Position numbers and translations under genes: made by a program
Part shown: one piece after another, positions 9,137-19,300 of the stretch
Layout of the letters: each line of letters opens with the position of its first letter
Numbering within the stretch: position 1 is the stretch's first letter
The notes under the pieces: model-generated
What the model was told of the DNA's origin: nothing
Seen by the model: the letters and a program-made list of their open reading frames with translations, nothing else
The model's database searches: none
IMG/VR virus record: IMGVR_UViG_3300030202_003023
Coordinates: 1-64,000 of that record
Source: a virus
Reading direction: 5' to 3' (one strand)
DNA length: 64,000 bases

Positions 9137-10354
9137 ATGGGAGAAGCAGAAGATGAATTTGCAGAAGCAGAAGCATTATTACAACAGCTGCAATCAGAAG
9201 AAGAACAAAGAGAAATTCAAGCACAGCAAGAAGTTGAAGTTATTGAACTTAATGATACCAATACAATGGAAATTGCACCAATACAACCAGTAGTAAAAGA
9301 AGAGCCAAAAGACACAGATGTTATAGCTTTTTTGAATAAACGCGTTACTGAAATGGCAACATTGTTAAACGCTATATATCCAGACAATTGGCACATATAC
9401 AGAAACCAAGAGTATATAAAACAAAATCCGTTTTTAAACAAGGTTATAACTGATGATGAATATCACACTAATCATACAATAATTGCAATTAGATTTCCTG
9501 AAATAACTATTACTAACACTAGAGGACATAGTAATGTAATTAAAGATTTATTTGTGTTTATGAGCATGTGTATTTATAAAGGTTCAGCACCTGAAAGTGA
9601 AGCTATTATTATGTTTGATAGTAGAATGTGTGGTACTAGATCAACTTTAAGAGAAGAAGAGTTTAATAGTAATTATATACATTCTCATCTTCCTAGACGT
9701 ACTTCATCTAGCAGTGTAGAAAAACCATATACAGCTAATGTAAATGTTAGTTATTTTTGTTTAGGTGGAGGTACTGAAACATCTGCAGCTTTAGCTGATT
9801 TAAATTACAATTTTGATATACTAAAGTTTGAATTGTTTTTATATCAGTTGTCTACGTATGTTACGCATGAAAGCTTAGGAGGCGGTCCTTACATTAGAAT
9901 GGATAGTATAAGAATGGGATCAGGGCCTAGATTTAGTTCAGAAAATAACAATAGTTGTAAAAGTACATTTTTTCACTATGTTGATAAACTTGATTCTTTT
10001 CCTCTTAAATCTTGTGTTAAAGATGGAGAAAACGCACTTGTGTATGATGAAAACAACGAAGAGCATTTAAAAGTGCTAGGTAAACTAACTGATTACCCTT
10101 ATGAAAGGCTTGAAAATAACAGATTAGTTCCTTTTACTGAAAATGTAATAACTAAAACTGAAGAACAAATTAAAGAATTAGAAGGATTGATGTTTGATTT
10201 TAGGGGTGAATCAGTATTTTTTAAAATAACACCTTATCCTAAATCTACAATAAAAAACCCTATTAAGTATCCTTCAAACAAGTTGTTGTCTTATATATCT
10301 TCTTGTATTAATAATAATATTAAAACATTTAATTCATTGCTTTATGCAGAATAA
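9137..10354 (+). CDS. prokaryotic E2/UBC-like conjugating enzyme (divergent)
   Basis: I-R-F-P-E strand, YIHSHLP (H182/H184) and FCLG (Cys208), resembling the E2 HPN/H...C signature; context with Ubl, JAB and E1. Confidence 0.6.
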   Translation: MGEAEDEFAEAEALLQQLQSEEEQREIQAQQEVEVIELNDTNTMEIAPIQPVVKEEPKDTDVIAFLNKRVTEMATLLNAIYPDNWHIYRNQEYIKQNPFLNKVITDDEYHTNHTIIAIRFPEITITNTRGHSNVIKDLFVFMSMCIYKGSAPESEAIIMFDSRMCGTRSTLREEEFNSNYIHSHLPRRTSSSSVEKPYTANVNVSYFCLGGGTETSAALADLNYNFDILKFELFLYQLSTYVTHESLGGGPYIRMDSIRMGSGPRFSSENNNSCKSTFFHYVDKLDSFPLKSCVKDGENALVYDENNEEHLKVLGKLTDYPYERLENNRLVPFTENVITKTEEQIKELEGLMFDFRGESVFFKITPYPKSTIKNPIKYPSNKLLSYISSCINNNIKTFNSLLYAE

Positions 10355-11486
10355 AAAAATTTTAAAAAAGTATGAAGAGCATACTTTACCAGAAAATTCT
10401 ACTATCATATTAAGTCAGAATTTATTAGACCAAGTAGACTACTTACATAAAGTAGTTGGAAAAGTAGAATGGAGTGGTGTACTTGTTTATAGAACTATAC
10501 AAGGCTCTATTGAAAACTATAAAAAGTTTGTAGTAGAAGCTGTAGAAATTCTTCCTATGGATGTAGGTACATCAGGATACACTGAATATGAAATAGAAGC
10601 AGCAGATGAGTATGTGTTTAAAAACTTACTTGAAAGAGTAATGCTAGATGATGATTTAAAAATAGGTCATATACATACACATCATGGTATGGATTGCTTC
10701 TTTTCAGGTACAGATATGTCAGAGTTGCATGAAAATGCTCCTAATCACAACTACTATCTGTCTTTGATTGTTAATTTTCAAGACTACACTAATTGGAAAG
10801 CTAAGATTGCACAGATTAAAACAATGAAAACAAAAGGTTCTGCAGTGTATTCTTACAAAGGTACTAATGGTACAGTTGAAGAAAAAGTATCATTAAATGG
10901 TGAAAAAGAAATTATGTCTTTGATTAATTTAAAGATAGAGCCTGAAACTACTTTAGAAGATGAGTTTATAAAAAGAGTTAAGGAACTTAAAACAGAACAA
11001 GATAAGTTTGTTAAACAAAAGCCTTTGACAGGTAACACTGATTGGACTGGTTATTACGGTAAGCCTACTGAACAAGCTACTTTGTTTGATGTACTTAATG
11101 AAAGCCTTGCTCCTGATTCTGATGACTTGTCACGTGTTTTTGTAGATGTTTCTGAAGAAAGTATAACTATGTTTTCTTTAAAGCTTCTTGCTCAATCTAC
11201 TGAACCTTTAGGTAGTTTAGAAAATACTTTAAATGTTTTAGACCAAGCTTTTTTAAGTGAGGAATACGGTGCTATGGATTACTATATGGAAACTATAGTG
11301 GATAATTTTGATGCGTTGTATTTAGAGCATTTTAAAACTACACCTTCTACAGTATCTAAAAAACTTGTTGTTGAAAAAGTAGCTGAAGTTTTAGAGAAAT
11401 TTGAAGAAAAACATAATTACACATCAGCTTTAGTTGAAACTACAATTGACACACTAAGGCTAGATCTTATTTTAGAACAAGAATAA
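10344..11486 (+). CDS. JAB/MPN (JAMM) metalloprotease with long acidic C-terminal extension
   Basis: E42 (VEWSG) ... H111-x-H113-x7-S121-xx-D124 (HTHHGMDCFFSGTD). Confidence 0.9.
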   Translation: MQNKKILKKYEEHTLPENSTIILSQNLLDQVDYLHKVVGKVEWSGVLVYRTIQGSIENYKKFVVEAVEILPMDVGTSGYTEYEIEAADEYVFKNLLERVMLDDDLKIGHIHTHHGMDCFFSGTDMSELHENAPNHNYYLSLIVNFQDYTNWKAKIAQIKTMKTKGSAVYSYKGTNGTVEEKVSLNGEKEIMSLINLKIEPETTLEDEFIKRVKELKTEQDKFVKQKPLTGNTDWTGYYGKPTEQATLFDVLNESLAPDSDDLSRVFVDVSEESITMFSLKLLAQSTEPLGSLENTLNVLDQAFLSEEYGAMDYYMETIVDNFDALYLEHFKTTPSTVSKKLVVEKVAEVLEKFEEKHNYTSALVETTIDTLRLDLILEQE

Positions 11487-11499
11487 AAAATAAAAAAAA

Positions 11500-12237
11500 A
11501 TGGAAGATACAAATCAAATGGTTTCTATTGAAGGCGTAAATACAAATGAAAATGAAATAAATCTGAATCCTAGACATGCTAGGTTTTCAGATTTAATGTG
11601 GTATGATTCTAATAATCCTCCTCACGCACTTGTTGGTGGCGTGGGAGGTATAGGTTCTTGGCTATCTTTTTTACTAGGTAGAATGGGTTGTCATCTTTAT
11701 TTGTTTGATAATGATGAAATTGATGAGACAAATATGGGAGGACAGCTGTACCAACCTTCTCAGATTGGTATGACTAAAGTAGAAGCTGCACATCTAAATA
11801 TCTATAATTTTACTGGTAACAGTGATATAGAGACTTTTAGCAAGTACACTGAAGAATCAGAGTTTTGTCCTATAACATTTTCTTGCTTTGATAATATGAA
11901 ATCAAGAAAGATTATGTTTGATATATGGGCAAATAGCCATGACGGTAATGGTATTTTCATTGACGGTAGAATGCTTGCAGAGTCTTTTCAGATTTATGCA
12001 GTACTTCCTGGAAGTGAAGATAAGTACAGAGAAACGTTATTTGATGATAGTGAAGTTGAAGAGCAACCGTGTTCTGCAAAAGCAACTTCACATACTGCAG
12101 CTATGATTTCAAGCATGATGGTAGGTATATTTACAAACTATTTATCTAATATAAAAACAGAAATGAATATTAGAGAAGTTCCGTTTTTTACCAGCTTTGA
12201 AACACATTTACTAATGCTTAATTTGGAATTACAATGA
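11500..12237 (+). CDS. ThiF/MoeB/E1-like activating enzyme
   Basis: VGGVGGIGS nucleotide-binding loop, FDNDEIDETN..Q, TK, DN...R, DGRM, candidate catalytic Cys191 (QPCSAK). Confidence 0.92.
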   Translation: MEDTNQMVSIEGVNTNENEINLNPRHARFSDLMWYDSNNPPHALVGGVGGIGSWLSFLLGRMGCHLYLFDNDEIDETNMGGQLYQPSQIGMTKVEAAHLNIYNFTGNSDIETFSKYTEESEFCPITFSCFDNMKSRKIMFDIWANSHDGNGIFIDGRMLAESFQIYAVLPGSEDKYRETLFDDSEVEEQPCSAKATSHTAAMISSMMVGIFTNYLSNIKTEMNIREVPFFTSFETHLLMLNLELQ

Positions 12238-13271
12238 ATATTGATTTTAGTGATAAAAGACCTGAGCAATTAGTAGATGATTCAGGCAAGTTCTCAAATT
12301 TATTTACTTTTAACTTAGATAGAACCTCATATTTAAGGCATTTAACTATAAAAACATCTGATTATGTACCTTTGTATTCATTGGGGTTTTTTAAACCTGC
12401 ACGTGATTACAGTGTGATGCATTCTAGTAGATTTATTGGGTATAATGATTTTACTGAAATTACAAAAAACTATTTAGTTAAAATTAAATACTATAAAAAA
12501 CAAGACGGTCAGATAAAAAACAGTATAATAAATAGATTTCTTGATAATAATATTGGTTCACATGATTGGTATGTATTAAGGGGTGAGTATTCTTCTAAAG
12601 AATTTAATTTAGAGTTAATTGACAAAGAGATAGAAATACATAAGGAGAATTTAAAAGAAGTAAAGGAAAAATTACTCTGCAATTCATCTTCTTTGTCTCT
12701 TGGTAATATATACCCAATGTATGGAAGGGCTTCTTATTCTAATGTTTTTAATAGTGTTAATGGATTAGGACGTGGTTATTATGGATCAAATCTTTTTACA
12801 AGCGCTGCACATTCTTTAAGAAATGCAGATTATTTAACTAACCTTGGATTTACAGCAAAATTTAATTCTAATAATATAGAAGTTCTTTTTTCTTATATGG
12901 TAAAAGTAGAAATGATTCCTTATATTAGATTATGTATGCTCTTAGGAGAAGAGCCTCATCCAGACAGTTTAGAATTATGGGTTAATGATACATTAGATGT
13001 ACCTAGAGGCCCACATAAAAACATACGTCCAAGATACCGTAAAGAAGTTAAACTTTTTGCAGAAAGTAGAGGCATTAAAATAGAAGAATCTTCTAATTTA
13101 AATGCAGACATTTTTAAGTCATATAAGTTACCAACTTTTAAAAATATGGTAGAAAGAAGACAGTGGTATAATTTTATAGGCAGCGCTGTTTTAAATGGGA
13201 TGAAAAAAAGCAGAAATGGAGACGGTTTTAAAATAAAAGGCGATAAAAAAACAATTAAATTAAAATTATGA
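12234..13271 (+). CDS. hypothetical protein, 345 aa, translationally coupled to E1
   Basis: ATGA overlap with the E1 stop; no motif recognised. Confidence 0.75.
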   Translation: MNIDFSDKRPEQLVDDSGKFSNLFTFNLDRTSYLRHLTIKTSDYVPLYSLGFFKPARDYSVMHSSRFIGYNDFTEITKNYLVKIKYYKKQDGQIKNSIINRFLDNNIGSHDWYVLRGEYSSKEFNLELIDKEIEIHKENLKEVKEKLLCNSSSLSLGNIYPMYGRASYSNVFNSVNGLGRGYYGSNLFTSAAHSLRNADYLTNLGFTAKFNSNNIEVLFSYMVKVEMIPYIRLCMLLGEEPHPDSLELWVNDTLDVPRGPHKNIRPRYRKEVKLFAESRGIKIEESSNLNADIFKSYKLPTFKNMVERRQWYNFIGSAVLNGMKKSRNGDGFKIKGDKKTIKLKL

Positions 13272-14026
13272 GCAAAACATTGTTAATAGATGGAGATTCT
13301 TTGATGTACTATGAAGCTTTTAAAGAACAATCAGAAGAGAAGGCTATAGAAAGTATAAATAAAAGACTCTTATACATGTGTGAGCAAAACAGTGCTGATA
13401 GATATCTTGGATTTTTGACTAAAGGTAGTTGTTTTAGATATAAAGTAGCAAAATCAAAAGGCTATAAAGAGTCAAGACCAAGAGAAAAACCAAAACTTCT
13501 TTTACAATTAAGGGATTATTTACAAAACACACTTAAGTTTGAGATAGTACCACAACTAGAAGCAGATGATTTAGTCTGTTATTGGAATAATCAATTAGAA
13601 GAGGAGACAATTATTTGTTCTCCTGATAAAGATGTTTTGAAACAAATACCAGGAAAGCATTATAATTATAGATGGACAACAAAAACTAGAGGTTGCTGGG
13701 TTACTACTTCTGAAAAAGACGCTGAAAAATTCTTATGGCAGCAAGTCTTAATGGGAGATTCTACAGATTCTATACCAGGATTACCTGGAGTAGGAGAAAA
13801 GACAGCACTTAAGATTCTTGAGAATAAAGAATCACCTCTAAGTGGTTGTGATAAAACTTATAGTGCACTAGTACTGGGGGAGTACGTTAAAGCATTTGGA
13901 ATATCTGAAGGTATAAGCAGGTTTGCTGAGACTTTTAAATTAGTATATATGCTACGTACTCCAGAAGACGTGAAGAGAGAAACTGATTTGGTGCTAGAAA
14001 AGCCCCAGATTAAGTTATTGAGGTAG
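13268..14026 (+). CDS. 5'-3' exonuclease / flap endonuclease
   Basis: LLIDGD, YK..R, LEADD, SPDKD, GDSTDSIPGLPGVGEKTA (H3TH). Confidence 0.92.
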   Translation: MSKTLLIDGDSLMYYEAFKEQSEEKAIESINKRLLYMCEQNSADRYLGFLTKGSCFRYKVAKSKGYKESRPREKPKLLLQLRDYLQNTLKFEIVPQLEADDLVCYWNNQLEEETIICSPDKDVLKQIPGKHYNYRWTTKTRGCWVTTSEKDAEKFLWQQVLMGDSTDSIPGLPGVGEKTALKILENKESPLSGCDKTYSALVLGEYVKAFGISEGISRFAETFKLVYMLRTPEDVKRETDLVLEKPQIKLLR

Positions 14027-14043
14027 AATTTTTTATAAAAATT

Positions 14044-14841
14044 ATGACTAGTACTATAAAATGTGATAAAGTGGGAAAAGTAGTAACTGTTAAAGTATAT
14101 TCATCTAGACAGTTACACCTTCTTCCAATTTATAAAGGAGGAGAAGTTTATGACGACAAAGGAAACCTTGTAGAAATAAACTATGATGATGAATTTTTAG
14201 TAAAAGTAGGAGAAACGGTTTCTATTAAAAGACATAAATATAAAATACAGAAAATTACTAAGATGGTTAGCTTAGAAGGTATTCATGTATCAGGTTATTA
14301 CTTGCATACATCTACTTTAAGCAAATCTTCTATGTTTGTGTTTCCTTTGTTAGGCTATACTCGTACTTTTTTTGAATGGAATTCTAGTTTTATAAACTCT
14401 TTTATATGGAAAGAAGGCGGTGAAGAAGGTAGGTTTATTTATTTATGGTATAAATTTGTACCATCTTTAGAGATGGAAGAATTTGAAGAAAAGCTAAAAA
14501 ATAATATAAACTTTATAGATGCAGAAGATGTTGATGATTATCATGTATTGTATAGATTTATGGTTCCTGAAAAATTTGAAAAAGATTATGATAAAATTAT
14601 AAAAGGAAAATACTCTTACATTACAGAAAGTGCAAAAGAACGTATACTTGATTTTCATTTTTCTAGTCCAGACAGACCTATAGGTAAAATACTTTATAGA
14701 GATCCTGAAAGAAGAGAAAAGATGGAAAAAGAGTTAGGAATTAAAATTCCTGAAGAGCAGGATTTGCATGATCCATTTTATAAAGAAGAAGATACTTTCT
14801 TTAATAGGTATAAAATAATAAAATCAAGACTTGGATGGTAA
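14044..14841 (+). CDS. hypothetical protein, 265 aa
   Basis: Long ORF in operon. Confidence 0.75.
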   Translation: MTSTIKCDKVGKVVTVKVYSSRQLHLLPIYKGGEVYDDKGNLVEINYDDEFLVKVGETVSIKRHKYKIQKITKMVSLEGIHVSGYYLHTSTLSKSSMFVFPLLGYTRTFFEWNSSFINSFIWKEGGEEGRFIYLWYKFVPSLEMEEFEEKLKNNINFIDAEDVDDYHVLYRFMVPEKFEKDYDKIIKGKYSYITESAKERILDFHFSSPDRPIGKILYRDPERREKMEKELGIKIPEEQDLHDPFYKEEDTFFNRYKIIKSRLGW

Positions 14842-15530
14842 AAAAAGAAAATTTTGAACCATTGATGGACATTGGCTGGCTAGAACATCTCTGGCCAGCT
14901 TTGTCTTCATCAAAAATGAAGAGCAACTATGCTCTCATTAGTAATGAAAAGAAGAAAGGGTATCATATATTTCCTAAGTATACAGATACTTTTAATGCGT
15001 TTAAGTATACTCCTTGGAATAAAGTAAGAGTAGTTATACTTGGACAAGATCCTTATCACACAACAGGTATGGCACATGGATTAGCTTTCTCTACACAGAG
15101 TGATCTTACACCACCATCTCTAAGAAACATATTAAAAGAAGTAGAAGATGACGTGTATGAAGGCTTTAACTTACAGAGAAGCGTAACAAATGATTTAACT
15201 AGTTGGGCTGAACAAGGTGTTTTACTTTTAAATACAGCTTTAACAGTTAAGTTAGGGTGGCCAGGCAGTCATTTGCACCACTGGGAAGATTTTACTGCAC
15301 ATACTTTAAAAGAATTAAGTAGGTGGAAAAGCGGTGTAGTATATTTGTTGTGGGGAGCAAAGGCACAAGGATTTAAAAAATACATTAATACAAAACAAAA
15401 CCATGTTTTAGAGACAACACATCCGTCTCCTTTTTCTGCACATAAAGGGTTTTTAGGATGTAAGCACTTTTCTAAGACAAATGAGATATTACGGAATATG
15501 AACGGAAAAGAAGAAGAAATTGTATGGTAA
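14835..15530 (+). CDS. ung: uracil-DNA glycosylase, family 1
   Basis: GQDPYH, AHGLAFS, PPSLRNI, QGVLLLN, LLWG, HPSPFS. Confidence 0.96.
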   Translation: MVKKENFEPLMDIGWLEHLWPALSSSKMKSNYALISNEKKKGYHIFPKYTDTFNAFKYTPWNKVRVVILGQDPYHTTGMAHGLAFSTQSDLTPPSLRNILKEVEDDVYEGFNLQRSVTNDLTSWAEQGVLLLNTALTVKLGWPGSHLHHWEDFTAHTLKELSRWKSGVVYLLWGAKAQGFKKYINTKQNHVLETTHPSPFSAHKGFLGCKHFSKTNEILRNMNGKEEEIVW

Positions 15531-15703
15531 CTGAAGAACAAGACGTTACTCACCGTCAAGGTAGAGGAGAAATGAAGTATGAAGTTTTAAAAGAGTTACA
15601 AAAATTAGATAAAGAAGTAGCTTTAACTCCAATGAGTAACATAAATAAAAGAAGCCTTCGTAGTTTTATAACTATTTTAAAACGGAGATTAGAAAAACTA
15701 TAA
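15524..15703 (+). CDS. small hypothetical protein, 59 aa (MVTEEQDVTH...), not in the ORF track
   Basis: Fills the gap between ung and sigma; overlaps the ung stop. Confidence 0.55.
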   Translation: MVTEEQDVTHRQGRGEMKYEVLKELQKLDKEVALTPMSNINKRSLRSFITILKRRLEKL

Positions 15704-15706
15704 TTA

Positions 15707-16201
15707 ATGGAAAAGTCTTTAGTTGATCATATAAAGAAAGACATGAGTTTTTTGTACTACTGTGCTTTTAAACATTCTCTTAATACACAAGATGCAGAAG
15801 ATGTAGTTCAAGAAAGTATTATTAAAATGCATAGGTACTATAAAGAAGAAAAGTTTACAAGAGGCTGGATGGGAATGGTAGTGTCTTCTGTAGCTTTAGA
15901 TAAAATAAGGATAAATAATAAGCATGCTTATCAAGATATAGAAGACAGTGAATTAGAAGAAGCTATGTCTTTTTTTAATTCAAAAGATTATCAAGAAGGT
16001 TTACTAGAAGGGTTAGATGCAGCAATAGATACATTAGAGGATGATGTACAAAAAAGAGTCCTTAAAGAAGCTAGAAAAGGGACACTAATAACTGATATCA
16101 AACTTGAAGATGTTACTAGTTGGAAAGTTAAAGACTCTTTCCGTAAAGGTGTAAAAGAAATTAGAAAAGTATCAAATAAAATATTTGAAATTTACAGCTA
16201 A
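15707..16201 (+). CDS. ECF-like sigma-70 family factor
   Basis: Region 2 signature (DAEDVVQE...W......ALDKIR) and C-terminal region-4-like helices. Confidence 0.75.
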   Translation: MEKSLVDHIKKDMSFLYYCAFKHSLNTQDAEDVVQESIIKMHRYYKEEKFTRGWMGMVVSSVALDKIRINNKHAYQDIEDSELEEAMSFFNSKDYQEGLLEGLDAAIDTLEDDVQKRVLKEARKGTLITDIKLEDVTSWKVKDSFRKGVKEIRKVSNKIFEIYS

Positions 16202-16326
16202 TAATTTGCTTTTTTTATACATTCTTCGTATGGTATAATAAACAACTTTACCATGCTAGCTTGCTTCTTATTTTTTTCTATTTGCTGCTTAATATGGTCT
16301 TATGCATTCAATAAATTTGGTAATTG

Positions 16327-16349
16327 AAAGGGGCTTTTGCCCCTTTTTT
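16327..16349. terminator. bidirectional Rho-independent terminator at the convergence of the two modules
   Basis: AAAGGGGC-TTTT-GCCCCTTT(TTT). Confidence 0.85.
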
Positions 16350-16356
16350 ACTTCCC

Positions 16357-19300
16357 TTAATTTTGATACCATTTAAGTGTTTCTTTTGGATCTCTGAAAA
16401 GTGCTTTCCAAGGTGTAATTTTTTTAAGTTTTACTACAGCTTTATTTTTATCCTTGTGTTTACCTCTTTCATATCTTTCTGTTGGATCAAAAACTATTTG
16501 CATAAGAGCATCAACAGTCCCTTCTAACAAGTTTAAAGATACGGCAGGAGACCTAAATGTACGTTGCCACTCTCTAGGGTCTACATAAGTAAGTAATTCT
16601 GCTTGTAGTCTTCTAGCGTAAAAAGTAAGAAGAAGTATTACAAAATCATCATCATCATCTTCTGCTAAACCACTAAGTATCATCTGTGCTATTATACAAG
16701 ACACAACTAAAGCAGCTTCTGATATTGTTCTGTGTATATTCTTTTTTTCCATAAGAGTCAGATTGTTCCAATCTGCTGCTACTATAGAAAGTTTTAATTT
16801 TAATAAGTTTTTAAGATTACCGCTTATATATCTAAGTGTAGAAACATACATACCTTCTTCAAAAGATTGTGTTTCATGGTTATAGTGCAAGTCAATGTGT
16901 TCACGTAATTCAGTGTTTCTTATAGTTCTAAGCGGTATAAAATCAAGGATATTTTTTTTATTTTCTACTTTATCTCTTATCCATAAAGTTTTGTGACCTC
17001 TAAATCTTTTGTAAAGCCCTGGTAGCATCCACTGCCTCATATGAGTTACTAAACTACCTACTGCTGTTCTTTCAAATTTACTTTTATTTTCTCTGTCATA
17101 GTTACCAAACAATTCTCTGTTTATTCTACGTATAACACTAGATATTTTAAAAAGATTTAAATCATCACTTCTGTCTGTACTAGCTACTTTTTCATTTAAA
17201 TGTAGTACACCTACAAAATAATTCTTTTTCTCTTTTGCACTTAATCCGTTGTAAGTATCATTACTTATAGTCTTTTTAGTTTTTTTGTTTTGATAACCAA
17301 CAGAATAAGCTTCATCTAAAGACATTGCGTCTTTCCTATCTTCTACAACTTCTCCTTTTTTGTTAATGTATTTACCGTCTTTGTTTTTTACTTTAATGTT
17401 ATCAAGTACAGCATACATACCAATAGATTGCGCCCAATGTTCTGCTGTAGAGTTAGCAATTAATCCAGACCCTATACTAAGTTCTCTTTTAAACACGTTG
17501 TTTTTTGAAAACGCTTCATTTAAAATAGAATCAGCACTGTTTGCATTAAATAGTTCTACTAAAAGATTTGTTTTAGATAGATCTTGTCTTCTACCAACAT
17601 CTGCAGCTATATTTATGCTGTCTTTTCTGTATTTTCCTGCAGCACTTATTACATTTCTTTTTCCATAAAAACTTCCACCTGCTCCTTCCATAAATACCAT
17701 AGAAAGACCTTGTAATAAGTTAGAACCACCTGAAAGGTAATTACCAAACAAGTTAGTTATAGATACATATTTTCTAACACTGGCTACAACTTTGTTTACA
17801 GTAGGATCACCTGTCATTTTAACATCATATATTCTATTTTCAATTAAACTTTGTAGCGCTTTATAAACATTAGAATCACCTTCTTTTATTTGAATTTCAT
17901 CATACTGATCTACTTTAAGTAAATTTTTGTACCCTCTATCATAAACAGTAGCCTCTTTTACTCTGTCTAATACGTATTCTACTTTATTAGTTAATGTAAA
18001 TTTGTTGGCATAATTATTTGCTTGATGCGCTTCTAATATAATTAAAGACAGTACGTCAAAAGATCTTTCATCGTCTTTTATAGTTTCCTCTCCTCTAAAA
18101 TGTATAGGAATTAGCTTTTTTTCTTGTCCTCCTTTTACTAATACCTTTATAGTATCAGTTAAACTTTTTTTAGCTGCAGCGTCTGTTTCTTCAATTACAC
18201 CAAAACCTGTATCTTCTTTTCTGAGTTTAAACAAATCAATAGTACCTTCTTTAATTGCTTTAAGTATACCTGTATCTGCAACTCTTTCATAAAAGTTTTT
18301 GTTAACAACAGATAATTTTTTACCTAGCCTAAATGTTTTTGGTATTTTTTTATCTGATTCATTTTGAGTTTTTACAATAAAATCATACAAATCTTCTACT
18401 GCAGTGTTTTTGTACTTTCCTTGTTTTATCTCTTTCCATTTTTCTAAATCACCTTCAATGTCTCTAGAGTTACTAATTATTCTAGGTGCTAAAGAACCAT
18501 CTGAATTTTTACTAAGAAACGGTTCCCACTGTTCTTTAGGATTATTCTTTTTACCAAAATATGCTATATAATCAGCATATAAACTTTCAGCCTCTTTTAC
18601 AAGAGCTATAGACTCCATTCTAGTTTTAAAATCAGCTTCATCAATCCATAAAGAAACTGTTTGTATAATATCATTGCTAATGTCTTTAGGGTTTTGTACA
18701 AAACTTGCCCAAATACTAATATCTTTTTGTACTATATCTAAAAAATCATCTAAATATTTTTCAGTTGCATCTTTAATTTCTTGTTCGTTTTCTTTAAGGT
18801 ATTTATCTGTAAACTCTTCTAATTTATCTACACGTTCTTGCCCTCTTAGTTTTTTAAAATTTTCATCTTTTACAAACTCAAGTTCTGCTCTTCTTTTAAA
18901 GATGTCTCTAATTATTGTTATATCAGGCTTTATAACGTTTTTTATATATTTATCCCCTAGTTTTTTATAAGATTCTTCAAGCTGTCTTATAGATGTTGTT
19001 ATTTTATTCATAACTTCTGTAAGATCTTGGTCTGCTAGTTCACGCTGTATGTCTTCAATTAAAGCTATATCATAACCTTGTGCAGTATCTCTAAGGTATT
19101 TTATAGTATCTAATTCAGGAACTTCTTTATTAGTGTCATATGCAAGTGCATATTCTTTGAATTTAAGGTTTATGTAGTCTAATTGGCCGTCTGCTTTTGT
19201 TACATAAGCTAATAAAGCTTGTTCTGTTTCATATTCTTCAAGCTTAAGTTCTAAAAGATTTAGTTGATGTGATACATCCGTATCTTCATCAGTAGTAATT

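Noticed and set aside
11500-12237. E1 as a thiamine/molybdopterin biosynthesis auxiliary metabolic gene
   Set aside because: No ThiG/MoaE/sulfur-relay genes in the window, no CxxC Zn pairs, and an E2-like neighbour. Not formally excluded.
16200-16322. Promoter-like TTGCTT...TATAAT and TAAATTTG elements
   Set aside because: The spacing is non-canonical (22 nt) and the elements point into a terminator; such matches are expected by chance in AT-rich DNA.
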